A stretch of DNA of 64,000 nt. Origin: an uncultured Verrucomicrobiae bacterium. Its GTDB lineage: Bacteria; Verrucomicrobiota; Verrucomicrobiia; Chthoniobacterales; UBA10450. Within the stretch, counting starts at the first letter, position 1, and every line of letters starts with the position of its first letter. The stretch is from assembly GCA_963735805.1 (NCBI GenBank), contig CAVTMK010000004.1:512001-576000 (forward strand), written 5' to 3'. Of this stretch, positions 47,150 to 56,153 are shown piece by piece. The translations under genes were made by a program, and so were the position numbers. The notes beneath the pieces were generated by a model that was not told where the DNA came from, made no database searches, and worked only from the letters and a program-made list of their open reading frames with translations.

Positions 47150-48583
47150 CTACTTCGTCACGAACGGTGGCGCCGCCATCCGCTCAATGCAGCTTGTGTT
47201 GAGATCTTTCGCATCGCCTTTGTCCAGAAACTCGATCGCAATACGATCGATACACCCGGGATCCTTCAAGCCATCAACACCGTGGCCGGCCTCGGGAATA
47301 ACAATATGCCTGCTGTTCGGCAAATGCCTGGCGACGTCTTCGCCGTACTTCGGCGGCGTGATCGGGTCCATGCTACCGGAAAAAATCAGCACCGGCGCGT
47401 TTGAAGAGACCGGTTCGAGAAAATCGGCTGGAACCTCACCGCGCGGCCAGATTTCGCAGGCGCGCGTTTGTTGAAACACGCGATAGTTCCCGAACGGATT
47501 AGTCGCATTGAGCGTTGCCGCTTCCTCCTGATTAAGGAATGGGACGTCTTCAGCGCATGTCACAGACAAATATTCTCCATCCGCTATGAAGTCAGGGATC
47601 GACGGCGCAATTGCTTGCTGGAGAAACGGGGCGAAATCGCCAGTCGCCGCATGATGGACGATGAGGGGAATTCGCGCCGCTTTGCCGCGGTCATACATCC
47701 AGCTCCTGATTTTTTCCGCAAACACATCGCGCCGAATTTCGACCGTTGTCGGCGCGGATTTGTTGGATGGAGAATACTGTGCGCGCGCAGGCTGTTTCTC
47801 CAGCTGCGCCAGCGCGTTCTTCCAGTCGTCGCGAATTTGTGGGAAAGCCGTGTGACAGGTGGCGTCGTGTTCGCATTCGCTCAGCAGCAGGTCCATTGCG
47901 CGCGCTCCGCTCTCGGCATGGTGTGACGGCATTTTCAAATCGGTCGGCGCGACACCCATCAGGATTGCGCTGCGCACGTGTTCGGGATGCCGCCGCATGT
48001 AAACCAACGCCGCCCGCGTTCCGTACGACATTCCCAAAAGACTGATTTTATCGTAACCGAGCGATGCGCGGACGTCGTCCAGGTCATCCATGGCGATGGA
48101 CGTTGTGTATTTCGTCAGGTCCGCGCGCTGCTCAAGCGCGCGACGCATTTCCCGGATGTAATCAACTGGATACATCTCCCGCAGATAATGCTGCGCTGTT
48201 TTCTCCTCCGGAATTGCAAGACGATTTGATTGCCCGGTGCCGCGCTGATCGACTAATACCACATCGTGCCGGCGGCGGTAATCTTTGCCCGGTCCGGCGT
48301 AGAAATCTGCTGCCGCTGTGGATGCCGCGCCCGGACCGCCGGCCAGATCGAATAGCGGCTCGGCCTTATTTTTTTGATCGAATGCCGGCAGGACGACGAT
48401 GTTCAAATCGATCGTTCGACCGTTGCGCGTTTTCCGGTTTTCAAAAACCGTCAGCTTACCGCAAAGCAATTCTTCGCGAATTCCAACTAATCGGCACGGC
48501 TTCAACTTGGACAACCCGCCCGTCGGGCGATTTTTGGCGCAGCCGCTCACCTCGACCAGAAATAAAACCGCACCAGTCGTCAT
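47150..48583 (-). CDS. Alpha/beta hydrolase, TAP-like (S33 peptidase), possibly a lipoprotein
   Basis: GGPG, DQRGTG, GMSYGT, DPITP, GHG; start uncertain. Confidence 0.85.
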   Translation of the reverse strand: MTTGAVLFLVEVSGCAKNRPTGGLSKLKPCRLVGIREELLCGKLTVFENRKTRNGRTIDLNIVVLPAFDQKNKAEPLFDLAGGPGAASTAAADFYAGPGKDYRRRHDVVLVDQRGTGQSNRLAIPEEKTAQHYLREMYPVDYIREMRRALEQRADLTKYTTSIAMDDLDDVRASLGYDKISLLGMSYGTRAALVYMRRHPEHVRSAILMGVAPTDLKMPSHHAESGARAMDLLLSECEHDATCHTAFPQIRDDWKNALAQLEKQPARAQYSPSNKSAPTTVEIRRDVFAEKIRSWMYDRGKAARIPLIVHHAATGDFAPFLQQAIAPSIPDFIADGEYLSVTCAEDVPFLNQEEAATLNATNPFGNYRVFQQTRACEIWPRGEVPADFLEPVSSNAPVLIFSGSMDPITPPKYGEDVARHLPNSRHIVIPEAGHGVDGLKDPGCIDRIAIEFLDKGDAKDLNTSCIERMAAPPFVTK

Positions 48584-48681
48584 CAGCAGAACAGAACAAA
48601 CCCACCGAAGTCCTCGCACGGGCGACCTTATTCTGTCTGTGCGATGTCGCGCAAATCCAAATCGCCGTCTGTAAACACGGC

Positions 48682-48705
48682 GTAGCGGCAGGCATGTCGC
48701 CTGCC
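48682..48705 (+). repeat. GTAG-family REP
   Basis: gtagcggcaggcatgtcgcctgcc hairpin. Confidence 0.6.
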
Positions 48706-48815
48706 ATTTTGGGAAAAACCAAAATGCATGTGGCGTGCGTTTCCTTACTATAGGAACGCCTATTTCGTCGGGCGTGCGGCGCGTGTGAAATACATCGCCA
48801 GAGAAATACGGAATT

Positions 48816-49820
48816 ATGGAACAGCAAAAGGGAATCACTCGGCGTCGCATGATCGGCGGACTCAGTGCGGCCGGAATGGCTGCGCTTGGCGGTTCACGCG
48901 TCCTTGCAGCACCAGAGAAACCGGAATCGATGACCACCAGAAAATTAGAAGATCCGAAAACCAAGTATCCGAAGCCACCGTTTAAGGAACAACAGCAACC
49001 ATGGCCGGGTCTCGCCAGTAAAATGGATCCACGACCAGACCACGGCGAAAAAAGCTACAAAGGGTCCGGACGATTGTCAGGTCGCAGGGCGTTGATCACC
49101 GGCGGCGACTCGGGGATGGGGCGCGCCGCCGCGATCGCATATGCGCGCGAGGGCGCCGACGTGGGGATCAATTATTTTCCAATCGAACAACCTGATGCGG
49201 ACGAAGTAATCGCGTTGATTAAGGAAGCAGGGCGCCAGGCGATCGCGATCCCCGGCGACTTACGGGACGAAGGATTCTGCACGAAGCTTGTCGGCGACGC
49301 TGTACGCCAGCTCGGCGGATTAGATATTCTCGTCTGCAATGCCGCACGACAGCAAACACGCGCATCCATTCTCGACATTTCCAGCGAAGATTTCGACGCG
49401 ACAATGAAGACGAACGTCTACGCGCCGTTCTGGATCATCAAAGCTGCGGTACCGCACATGCCTCCCGGGTCGGTCATCATTGCAACCACATCGGAGCAGG
49501 CGACCGACCCATCACCCGAGATTTACGATTATGCGCAAACAAAAGCTGCGACGACGAACTATGTGCGCTCACTCGCGAAGCAACTCGCGCCAAAAGGCAT
49601 TCGCGTGAATGGTGTGGCGCCGGGGCCAATCTGGACGCCCTTACAGGTGAGCGGCGGCGCGACCATGGAAAAATTAAAACAGTTCGGCGGCAAAACACCA
49701 CTGGGTCGCCCGGGGCAACCGGCCGAGCTCGCATCGATTTACGTCCAGCTAGCCGCCAACGATGCCAGCTATGCGACCGGCCAGGTGTACGGCGCAGCTG
49801 GAGGCAGCGGACAACCGTAA
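48816..49820 (+). CDS. SDR oxidoreductase (YghA-like) with twin-arginine-like N-terminus
   Basis: PDHGEKSYKGSGRL, TGGDSGMG, YAQTK, PGPIWT. Confidence 0.92.
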   Translation: MEQQKGITRRRMIGGLSAAGMAALGGSRVLAAPEKPESMTTRKLEDPKTKYPKPPFKEQQQPWPGLASKMDPRPDHGEKSYKGSGRLSGRRALITGGDSGMGRAAAIAYAREGADVGINYFPIEQPDADEVIALIKEAGRQAIAIPGDLRDEGFCTKLVGDAVRQLGGLDILVCNAARQQTRASILDISSEDFDATMKTNVYAPFWIIKAAVPHMPPGSVIIATTSEQATDPSPEIYDYAQTKAATTNYVRSLAKQLAPKGIRVNGVAPGPIWTPLQVSGGATMEKLKQFGGKTPLGRPGQPAELASIYVQLAANDASYATGQVYGAAGGSGQP

Positions 49821-49907
49821 GTGCCGGTGTGCATGTCGCTAATGGTCCGATTCATTTGTTTGGCCGTGTTTCGCAATCGCCAAACCGATCCGAACGTCAC
49901 AGCGTGA

Positions 49908-50246
49908 TCAGGCCGAGTCCGAACCCTTCGACTTGGCGCTTTTTCGCGTACGCGGCCGCTTTTGAGCGCTGCGCTTACGACCAGGCGATTTGGCTTTTTG
50001 TTCTTTCGACGCGGCCGCCTGGCGCTTTTGTGATGCTTCGCGCTCCCGCCGCAGCTTCTTCTCGCTCAAATATGTCCTGAACTTTTTATAAGCAAACCCG
50101 CCGCCTAGTCCGGCAGCAGCAATTGCGAGTGCAGCTGCGATCTTAACCGGTCCCTGGCCCGGTGCCATGTGCCATGGACATTTGTCTAGTGGATATCTAT
50201 CCGGAAGAGGAAACCCACATCCAGGTGCCTTACACTTACGCGCCAT
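49908..50246 (-). CDS. Small hypothetical protein: Cys/His N-terminus, one TM, basic tail
   Basis: CKAPGC...CPWH, hydrophobic helix, Lys/Arg-rich C-terminus. Confidence 0.55.
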   Translation of the reverse strand: MARKCKAPGCGFPLPDRYPLDKCPWHMAPGQGPVKIAAALAIAAAGLGGGFAYKKFRTYLSEKKLRREREASQKRQAAASKEQKAKSPGRKRSAQKRPRTRKSAKSKGSDSA

Positions 50247-50334
50247 AATTGGTTATTTCGTTAGGTAGGTGGTTGAAACAGCTGATAAAGCTCTACTAGG
50301 CATGTCGGCGCTGACAAGTTAAATCGCGCGAAGC

Positions 50335-51435
50335 CTAGGGTGCGACCTGTTGCGGCTCCGGCAGATAGAAAAAGAGGATCCCGAGAATCAGATAGACCGA
50401 AAGAAGTTGGATGCCTTCGATCCAGTTGGTCTCGCCGTCTCCGCTGATCTGAAACAGGATGTAAACCGAGGCCACCACCGCGACCACTTCCGGCATCGTG
50501 AATTCCAGGTTCATTGGTCGCCCAAAAAGGTAGGAGAGAAAAATCAGCACGGGCGCGACGAAAAGCGCGATTTGCAGACTGGAACCGATCGCGATGCCGA
50601 CGCTAAGGTCCATCTTGTCTTTCATCGCCATGAGGACGGCAGCCGAGTGCTCGGCCGCGTTACCCACGATGGCCACCACGATCACACCAACAAATACCTC
50701 GGTCAGGCCGACGGAGTCCCGGACGTTTTCGATCGTGCCGACGAGAAACTCCGAGAGCACGGCGACTACGGCGGTAGAGACGAGCAGGATGATAATGGCC
50801 TTGCCGCGCGACCATTGCCTGCCTCTTTCTTCGGCATGTGCGTGGGCGCCTTGAAAGAAATGCTTGTGGGTCCAGAGCGAGAAACCGAGCATGCAAAAAT
50901 AGGTAAAGAACAAGACAACCGCGATGGCTAACGAGAGCTTCTGCTCGACCAGCGCGCTCCAGCCGCCAGGACTGGAGTCGGCGGCGAGATGAAAGACCGT
51001 CGGGATGATCAAGCCGATCGCGGCCAGCGACAGCGAGATGACCGAAGTTCGCGCTGCGGTGCGGTTGAAACGCTGTTCTTTGTATTTCGTGCCGCCCATT
51101 AGAATGGAAAGGCCGAGCACCAGCAGCACGTTACCGATGATCGATCCGGTAATGGAGGCTTTCACCACATTGATCAGCCCTTTGGAAAGGGCGATGCCGG
51201 CAATGATCAGCTCGGCGGCGTTCCCGAAAGTGGCGTTGAGCAACGCTCCCAGGCCTTCCCCGACGCGGCCGGCGAGTGTTTCGGTGGCGCGCCCTATCCA
51301 ACCCGCAACCGGAATGATGCCGAGAGCGGAGCAAACGAAGAGCGCAGTCGGACTGCTGCCTCCGGGCCAGAAGCGCAGAACGATCGCGAGCGGAACGAAA
51401 ATAAGAAGCCAGTCGAGCGAGAGTTTGAGTTTCAG
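50335..51435 (-). CDS. cax: Ca2+/H+ antiporter (CaCA family); probable CTG start
   Basis: NATFGNAAE and IVGNAAEH alpha repeats; frame extends to CTG 51435 with two more TMs. Confidence 0.9.
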   Translation of the reverse strand: MKLKLSLDWLLIFVPLAIVLRFWPGGSSPTALFVCSALGIIPVAGWIGRATETLAGRVGEGLGALLNATFGNAAELIIAGIALSKGLINVVKASITGSIIGNVLLVLGLSILMGGTKYKEQRFNRTAARTSVISLSLAAIGLIIPTVFHLAADSSPGGWSALVEQKLSLAIAVVLFFTYFCMLGFSLWTHKHFFQGAHAHAEERGRQWSRGKAIIILLVSTAVVAVLSEFLVGTIENVRDSVGLTEVFVGVIVVAIVGNAAEHSAAVLMAMKDKMDLSVGIAIGSSLQIALFVAPVLIFLSYLFGRPMNLEFTMPEVVAVVASVYILFQISGDGETNWIEGIQLLSVYLILGILFFYLPEPQQVAP

Positions 51436-51584
51436 AGGTCTGGGAATTTCGCGACTTACATCAGCTAATCAACCCGCCCGTCTTCCACCAGTTTAACGAC
51501 ACCACGCACAAACAGCCTGCATCATAAGCCGACTATGATGACTGAACGTGCAGATCTTCTGTAGTGGCAGTCGTGTCGGCTTCG

Positions 51585-51920
51585 CTATTCTATGAACTGC
51601 GCGAGTGACCGATATTTCTCGCTGAGTTCACGGATCCGGTGCTCGAAATGGCGTATGCGACGGATGGACCGGAAGACCAACCAGGTGCCGAGCACGACCA
51701 GACCCAGGTTCAGGAGCATCAACGGCGCCAGCAGAGGCAACACCTTGTCGATACTGTAATAACGCGAGGTGGCAATGAGCGCGCTTAGCACTGAGAGAGG
51801 CAACGCGAACACGGCAATACCTGTTCGCAACGCAGCCAGGGCAGTTCGTTTCTCAGCGAGGAGCACCTGGATCTCGCCAAAAATGACATTGTCCGGCGTG
51901 GGTAGCTCGTCCGTTTTCAT
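51585..51920 (-). CDS. DUF202-like small membrane protein
   Basis: LAEKRTALAALRTGI plus two TMs. Confidence 0.7.
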   Translation of the reverse strand: MKTDELPTPDNVIFGEIQVLLAEKRTALAALRTGIAVFALPLSVLSALIATSRYYSIDKVLPLLAPLMLLNLGLVVLGTWLVFRSIRRIRHFEHRIRELSEKYRSLAQFIE

Positions 51921-52005
51921 GCTCTGTCCGCTTTTCAGTCTAATCGATTGCACGTTCTCGGCGAAAAATCGATTTAACTCGTCGAGGCGCCTGCATCCGA
52001 CTGCT

Positions 52006-52028
52006 GTAGCGGCGGCTGTGTCAGCCGC
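52006..52028 (+). repeat. GTAG-family REP
   Basis: gtagcggcggctgtgtcagccgc; degenerate relative at 51561-51583. Confidence 0.6.
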
Positions 52029-52143
52029 AAAAGGTTACGTCACGGAGATGAATCGTATTTGCTTCGCTCCCCGCAATCTGGTGTCCGCGGGCCCGACGCT
52101 TCGGCCTCGGTCGCTATTTTCCGGATCTGGCCTATAGTATTAG

Positions 52144-52500
52144 ATGTCTAAAAGGTCTGGTATCTCTTTCACACGTCGCGCGCCCGACAACATTACCGAA
52201 GAACTGATCGCGGTGCTTTCGTCCAGGGCGTCTTTCGAATTCAAGCCGTTATTCGAAATTATCCTGCTCAATCTGCGGGAGCGAAACGCGGCCAGTGGCG
52301 GCGAAGAGATGCTGCGCTTGCGTGCTTATGAAAAGCTTCAGGGCCTTGTCAGTCAGGGCGCGGTCAACCGGACCGTCACGGACGGCACGAAGAAATACAA
52401 AGGCGTCGCTGCGCGAATGGTTATGCTGCGCGCTGAGATGAAAGCTTTGCGCGCTGACTGTAATCAGCGCGCTCTCGCCAAGGCTGCCGCGGCCAGCTGA
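52144..52500 (+). CDS. Hypothetical protein, possible winged helix
   Basis: GGEEMLRLRAYEKLQGLV...KKY; protein-like ORF. Confidence 0.65.
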   Translation: MSKRSGISFTRRAPDNITEELIAVLSSRASFEFKPLFEIILLNLRERNAASGGEEMLRLRAYEKLQGLVSQGAVNRTVTDGTKKYKGVAARMVMLRAEMKALRADCNQRALAKAAAAS

Positions 52501-52600
52501 TCGCCGACAAGCGCGGCGGCCACACAATCCACCGCCAGGCTGGCGAGCAAATCGCACGCGCAGCACATAGTTCGTCTTGCGTTGTCGCGCAGGTCAGACG

Positions 52601-53668
52601 ATGGCCGGTCTCGGCGTGGATAATGTTTCGGTGTTCTTTCTCGCTGAAGGCGAACAACCCGCGGACGAAGTCATGGCGCGGCTGACCACGTTTATACGCG
52701 GGGCGAAGCAGACTCTCGACTTTGCGATTTACGACATGCGATTCAGTGATCCGCTGAAAGGTTCACTAAGTTCCGCTTTGCGGGAGCGCGCGGAGGCAGG
52801 CGTAAAAATCCGTTTTTGCTACGATGCCGACAAGCCGTTCCCACCAAATATCGCCGCTGGCCAGGACCCGGCCCCATCGGGAACGGGCGTCTTTGTGCAA
52901 TCGCTGGGTTATCCGTGGCGCCGCATCGCCGGAATGAAACTGATGCACAGCAAGTTCGTTCTACGCGATGGAGAGGCCGTCTGGACCGGCTCGGCCAACA
53001 TGACTGATGACGCCTTCACGTTAATGGAAAACAACGTTGTCGAAATCGACTCGCAGGCTTTAGCCAATTACTACGCCGAAGATTTCGAAGAGCTCTGGGA
53101 GAAACAAAACTTCGAGAACACGGGCGAGATCCACACACAGCCCGTGCCCGTGAGCTTTGCCGGTCAACCGGCTCAGGTGCGGGTCATGTTTTCTCCGGGT
53201 TGCGGTTTGGAAATCGATTCGGAGATCGCCAGGCGCGTGCGAGCAGCGCAGCGCCGCGTTCGGATCTGTAGCTTGCTGATCAACTCCGGAACGCTGATCG
53301 GCGAACTGGGCAATTTGATGCGTAACGGGCGCGTCGCCGTGGATGGCATCTACGATCGCACGCAAATGGAACAGGTTTACGTGCAGTGGCAGGAAGTGCC
53401 GCAAAACCGATGGAAAATCCCCGCGCTCAAAGAGATCATCGCCCGCGCCCCTCTGATCGGGAAAAACTCAACGCCTTACTCGGTGCCCGGCCGCCACAAT
53501 TACATGCACAACAAAGTTCTTGTGATCGACGATACGGTGATCACTGGTTCTTATAATTTTTCCAGGAGCGCGCAATTGAATGCCGAGAACATTCTCTTCA
53601 TCGAAAGCCCGCCGCTCGCGGATACCTACAGCGCGTACATCGATCATCTCTTGGAGAAGTACCGCTGA
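52601..53668 (+). CDS. Phospholipase D family protein (two HKD motifs)
   Basis: HSKFVLRD..WTGSAN and HNKVLVID..TGSYN. Confidence 0.9.
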   Translation: MAGLGVDNVSVFFLAEGEQPADEVMARLTTFIRGAKQTLDFAIYDMRFSDPLKGSLSSALRERAEAGVKIRFCYDADKPFPPNIAAGQDPAPSGTGVFVQSLGYPWRRIAGMKLMHSKFVLRDGEAVWTGSANMTDDAFTLMENNVVEIDSQALANYYAEDFEELWEKQNFENTGEIHTQPVPVSFAGQPAQVRVMFSPGCGLEIDSEIARRVRAAQRRVRICSLLINSGTLIGELGNLMRNGRVAVDGIYDRTQMEQVYVQWQEVPQNRWKIPALKEIIARAPLIGKNSTPYSVPGRHNYMHNKVLVIDDTVITGSYNFSRSAQLNAENILFIESPPLADTYSAYIDHLLEKYR

Positions 53669-53762
53669 CCGTCTCAGCTCGTTTTTTAAAAAGCCGGATG
53701 CCAACGTTTCCGCTAAAATTAATATAGAGCGCCTTGCTGGAACCGCCTAAGTTCATGCCCCG

Positions 53763-56153
53763 ATGGCGGACGAACCGAAATCGAAACTTCGACTGGAAAT
53801 CGCCCATGTTCTTTTCATCGACATCGTGGGCTATTCCAAATTGCGCATTAACGAACAGAGCGCTCAGATTGATACGCTGCGTGAGATCGTGCGCGGAACC
53901 GACCAGTTCCGCGTCGCTGAAAGTGAAGGAAAGCTGCTGCGATTGCCAACCGGCGACGGCGGCGCGCTCGCCTTCCGCAACAACCCGGAAGCACCGGTGG
54001 TTTGTGCCGAGGAAATTGCCAAAGCGCTAAAGAGCCATCCCGAGATCCGGGTCCGCATGGGCATCCACAGCGGGCCGGTTAACGAAGTCACCGATTTGAA
54101 CGAGCAGGCGAACGTTGCCGGCGCCGGGATCAACATCGCGCAGCGCATCATGGATTGCGGTGACGCCGGTCACATTCTGGTATCGAAGCACGCCGCAGAA
54201 GACCTCGAGCAGTACGACCAATGGCAGCCGTATCTGCACGATCTTGGGGAATGTGAGGTGAAACACGGTGAGCGTTTGCAGGTTGTGAACTTTTACAACG
54301 CTGAGATCGGCAACCCTGCCGTCCCGGAAAAATTCATCAAGGGCGCGATGGCTGGAACGATGCCATCTGCAATCAAGAAGCGGCGTTCCTATTCGATCGC
54401 GGCGATGGTCGTCGGCGCGTTGATTGTCCTCGGGGCAACGAGCCTGTTTTTGGCAACTCGAACCACTTTTCGAAACATAAGGCGACCCGGCGAATCTGCA
54501 TCGCCCTCAGAAAAAAGCATTGCGGTGCTCCCGTTTGAGAATCTGAGCGACGACAAATCGAACGCATATTTTACCGACGGGATCCAGGACGAGATTCTAA
54601 CCAGGCTTTCGAAGATTGCCGCGCTTAAGGTCATTTCGCGCACCTCTACGCAGAAATACAAGAGTACGCCCGAGAACTTGCGTGAGGTCGGCCAACAGCT
54701 GGGTGTGGCGAATTTTCTCGAGGGTAGCGTGCAAAAAATCGCCAATGCCGTGCACGTCAATGTGCAGCTCATCCGCGCCGCGACGGACGAACATCTCTGG
54801 GCGGAAAGCTATAACCGCAAACTCGATGATGTGTTCGGAGTGGAAGGGGAGGTGGCGAGCGCCATCGCCGATCAATTGAATGCGAAGCTTTCCGGAGCTG
54901 AGCAGAAAGCCGTCGCAGATAAGCCAACACAAAATGCCCCCGCCTACGACGCTTATCTCCGTGGCCTGAGCATTGAGCATAACAATTATAACTACGACGC
55001 GTATGTACAAGCCGAGCGCAATTACCAGCGTGCTGTGGAACTGGATCCAAATTTCGCCCTGGCCTGGGCCCGCTTGGCCATCCTGGGCAGCTTTCTCAAC
55101 TTCAATGCGATCGACCCGAACACGTATACCGCCGATTCGGTCAAGCAGGCCGCTGATCGCGCCATTGCCCTTGCCCCCGATGCAGGTGAGTCGTGGATCG
55201 CACAGGGGTCGTATCGCTACCGCATTCTGCGCGACTTCAACAGCGCGCTCGCTGCGTACGACGAGGCACGAAAGCGATTGCCGAGCAGCGCGCTGGTATA
55301 TGAGTATCGCGGATTTGTTCTGCGGCGGCTCGGCCGGTGGCAGGAAGCCGAAGCGAGCTACAAAAAAGCGATCGAGCTTGATCCGCGCGACGTCCAGTTG
55401 CTGACTTCGGTGGGCAACGAGTTTTATCTGTATTTGCGGCGGTTCGACGACGCCTTGGCCAGTATTGATCGTGCTTTGCAAATCGCACCCGACGCCGCAG
55501 GCGAGCACGCCAACAAGGCGGTCGTGCTGCAAGCGGCGGGCCGGATCGACGAAGCGCGTCAGGAGCTCGCGCTAATTCCGGATGACGTCCTGGATGACTG
55601 GGTTGTCGCGGCCCGCGTTACCCAGGCCATGTATGAACGCCGTTTCGGTGAGGCAATCAATATCGTGGATCGGAAATTGAAATCGCTCGCGCCGAATCAA
55701 CCTCTTGATTCGTTCGCAAAAGCATTCCTCGTGCAAATGGGCCAGTGCCAGGACTGGTTAGGCCAGCATGAGGCGGCGCGACAGACATTCGAACGCGCAG
55801 TGCGCGAGATTAAACCAACACCGGACACTGTTGTGGGACCCGATGCAAACGGCACACCGAGCGTTCTCGCTCAGGCCTACGCCGGTCTGAACGAAAAAGA
55901 GAAAGCTTTGCAGCAGGCCGCGCAGGCGGTGAAAGATTATGACGGAGACGCAGTCAATCAGCCGCAGGCTGAAGTGCCACTTGCGCAGATCCAGGCGCGC
56001 TTCGGCGATATCGATTTAGCCATCGCGGCATTGCCGCATCTGCTTGAAACTCCGGCGGGAGTCACGGTTGCGAATCTAAAATTCGATCCGCTCTGGGATC
56101 CGCTGCGCAAGGATCCGCGTTTCGAAAAACTCTGCGAAAATCCTGACAAATGA
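53763..56153 (+). CDS. Class III nucleotide cyclase - TM - TolB-like - TPR protein
   Basis: LFIDIVGYS, TGDG, GINIAQR; SIAVLPFENLS; TPRs; DPLRKDPRF tail. Confidence 0.88.
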   Translation: MADEPKSKLRLEIAHVLFIDIVGYSKLRINEQSAQIDTLREIVRGTDQFRVAESEGKLLRLPTGDGGALAFRNNPEAPVVCAEEIAKALKSHPEIRVRMGIHSGPVNEVTDLNEQANVAGAGINIAQRIMDCGDAGHILVSKHAAEDLEQYDQWQPYLHDLGECEVKHGERLQVVNFYNAEIGNPAVPEKFIKGAMAGTMPSAIKKRRSYSIAAMVVGALIVLGATSLFLATRTTFRNIRRPGESASPSEKSIAVLPFENLSDDKSNAYFTDGIQDEILTRLSKIAALKVISRTSTQKYKSTPENLREVGQQLGVANFLEGSVQKIANAVHVNVQLIRAATDEHLWAESYNRKLDDVFGVEGEVASAIADQLNAKLSGAEQKAVADKPTQNAPAYDAYLRGLSIEHNNYNYDAYVQAERNYQRAVELDPNFALAWARLAILGSFLNFNAIDPNTYTADSVKQAADRAIALAPDAGESWIAQGSYRYRILRDFNSALAAYDEARKRLPSSALVYEYRGFVLRRLGRWQEAEASYKKAIELDPRDVQLLTSVGNEFYLYLRRFDDALASIDRALQIAPDAAGEHANKAVVLQAAGRIDEARQELALIPDDVLDDWVVAARVTQAMYERRFGEAINIVDRKLKSLAPNQPLDSFAKAFLVQMGQCQDWLGQHEAARQTFERAVREIKPTPDTVVGPDANGTPSVLAQAYAGLNEKEKALQQAAQAVKDYDGDAVNQPQAEVPLAQIQARFGDIDLAIAALPHLLETPAGVTVANLKFDPLWDPLRKDPRFEKLCENPDK

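Noticed and set aside
48584..48964. Long N-terminal extension of the hydrolase ORF overlapping the SDR gene
   Set aside because: Runs through a REP and the divergent gene; non-protein-like
52601..56153. PLD plus cyclase as a CBASS/Pycsar defence system
   Set aside because: The cyclase has TM-TolB-TPR signalling architecture; no cNMP-binding effector or defence-island context
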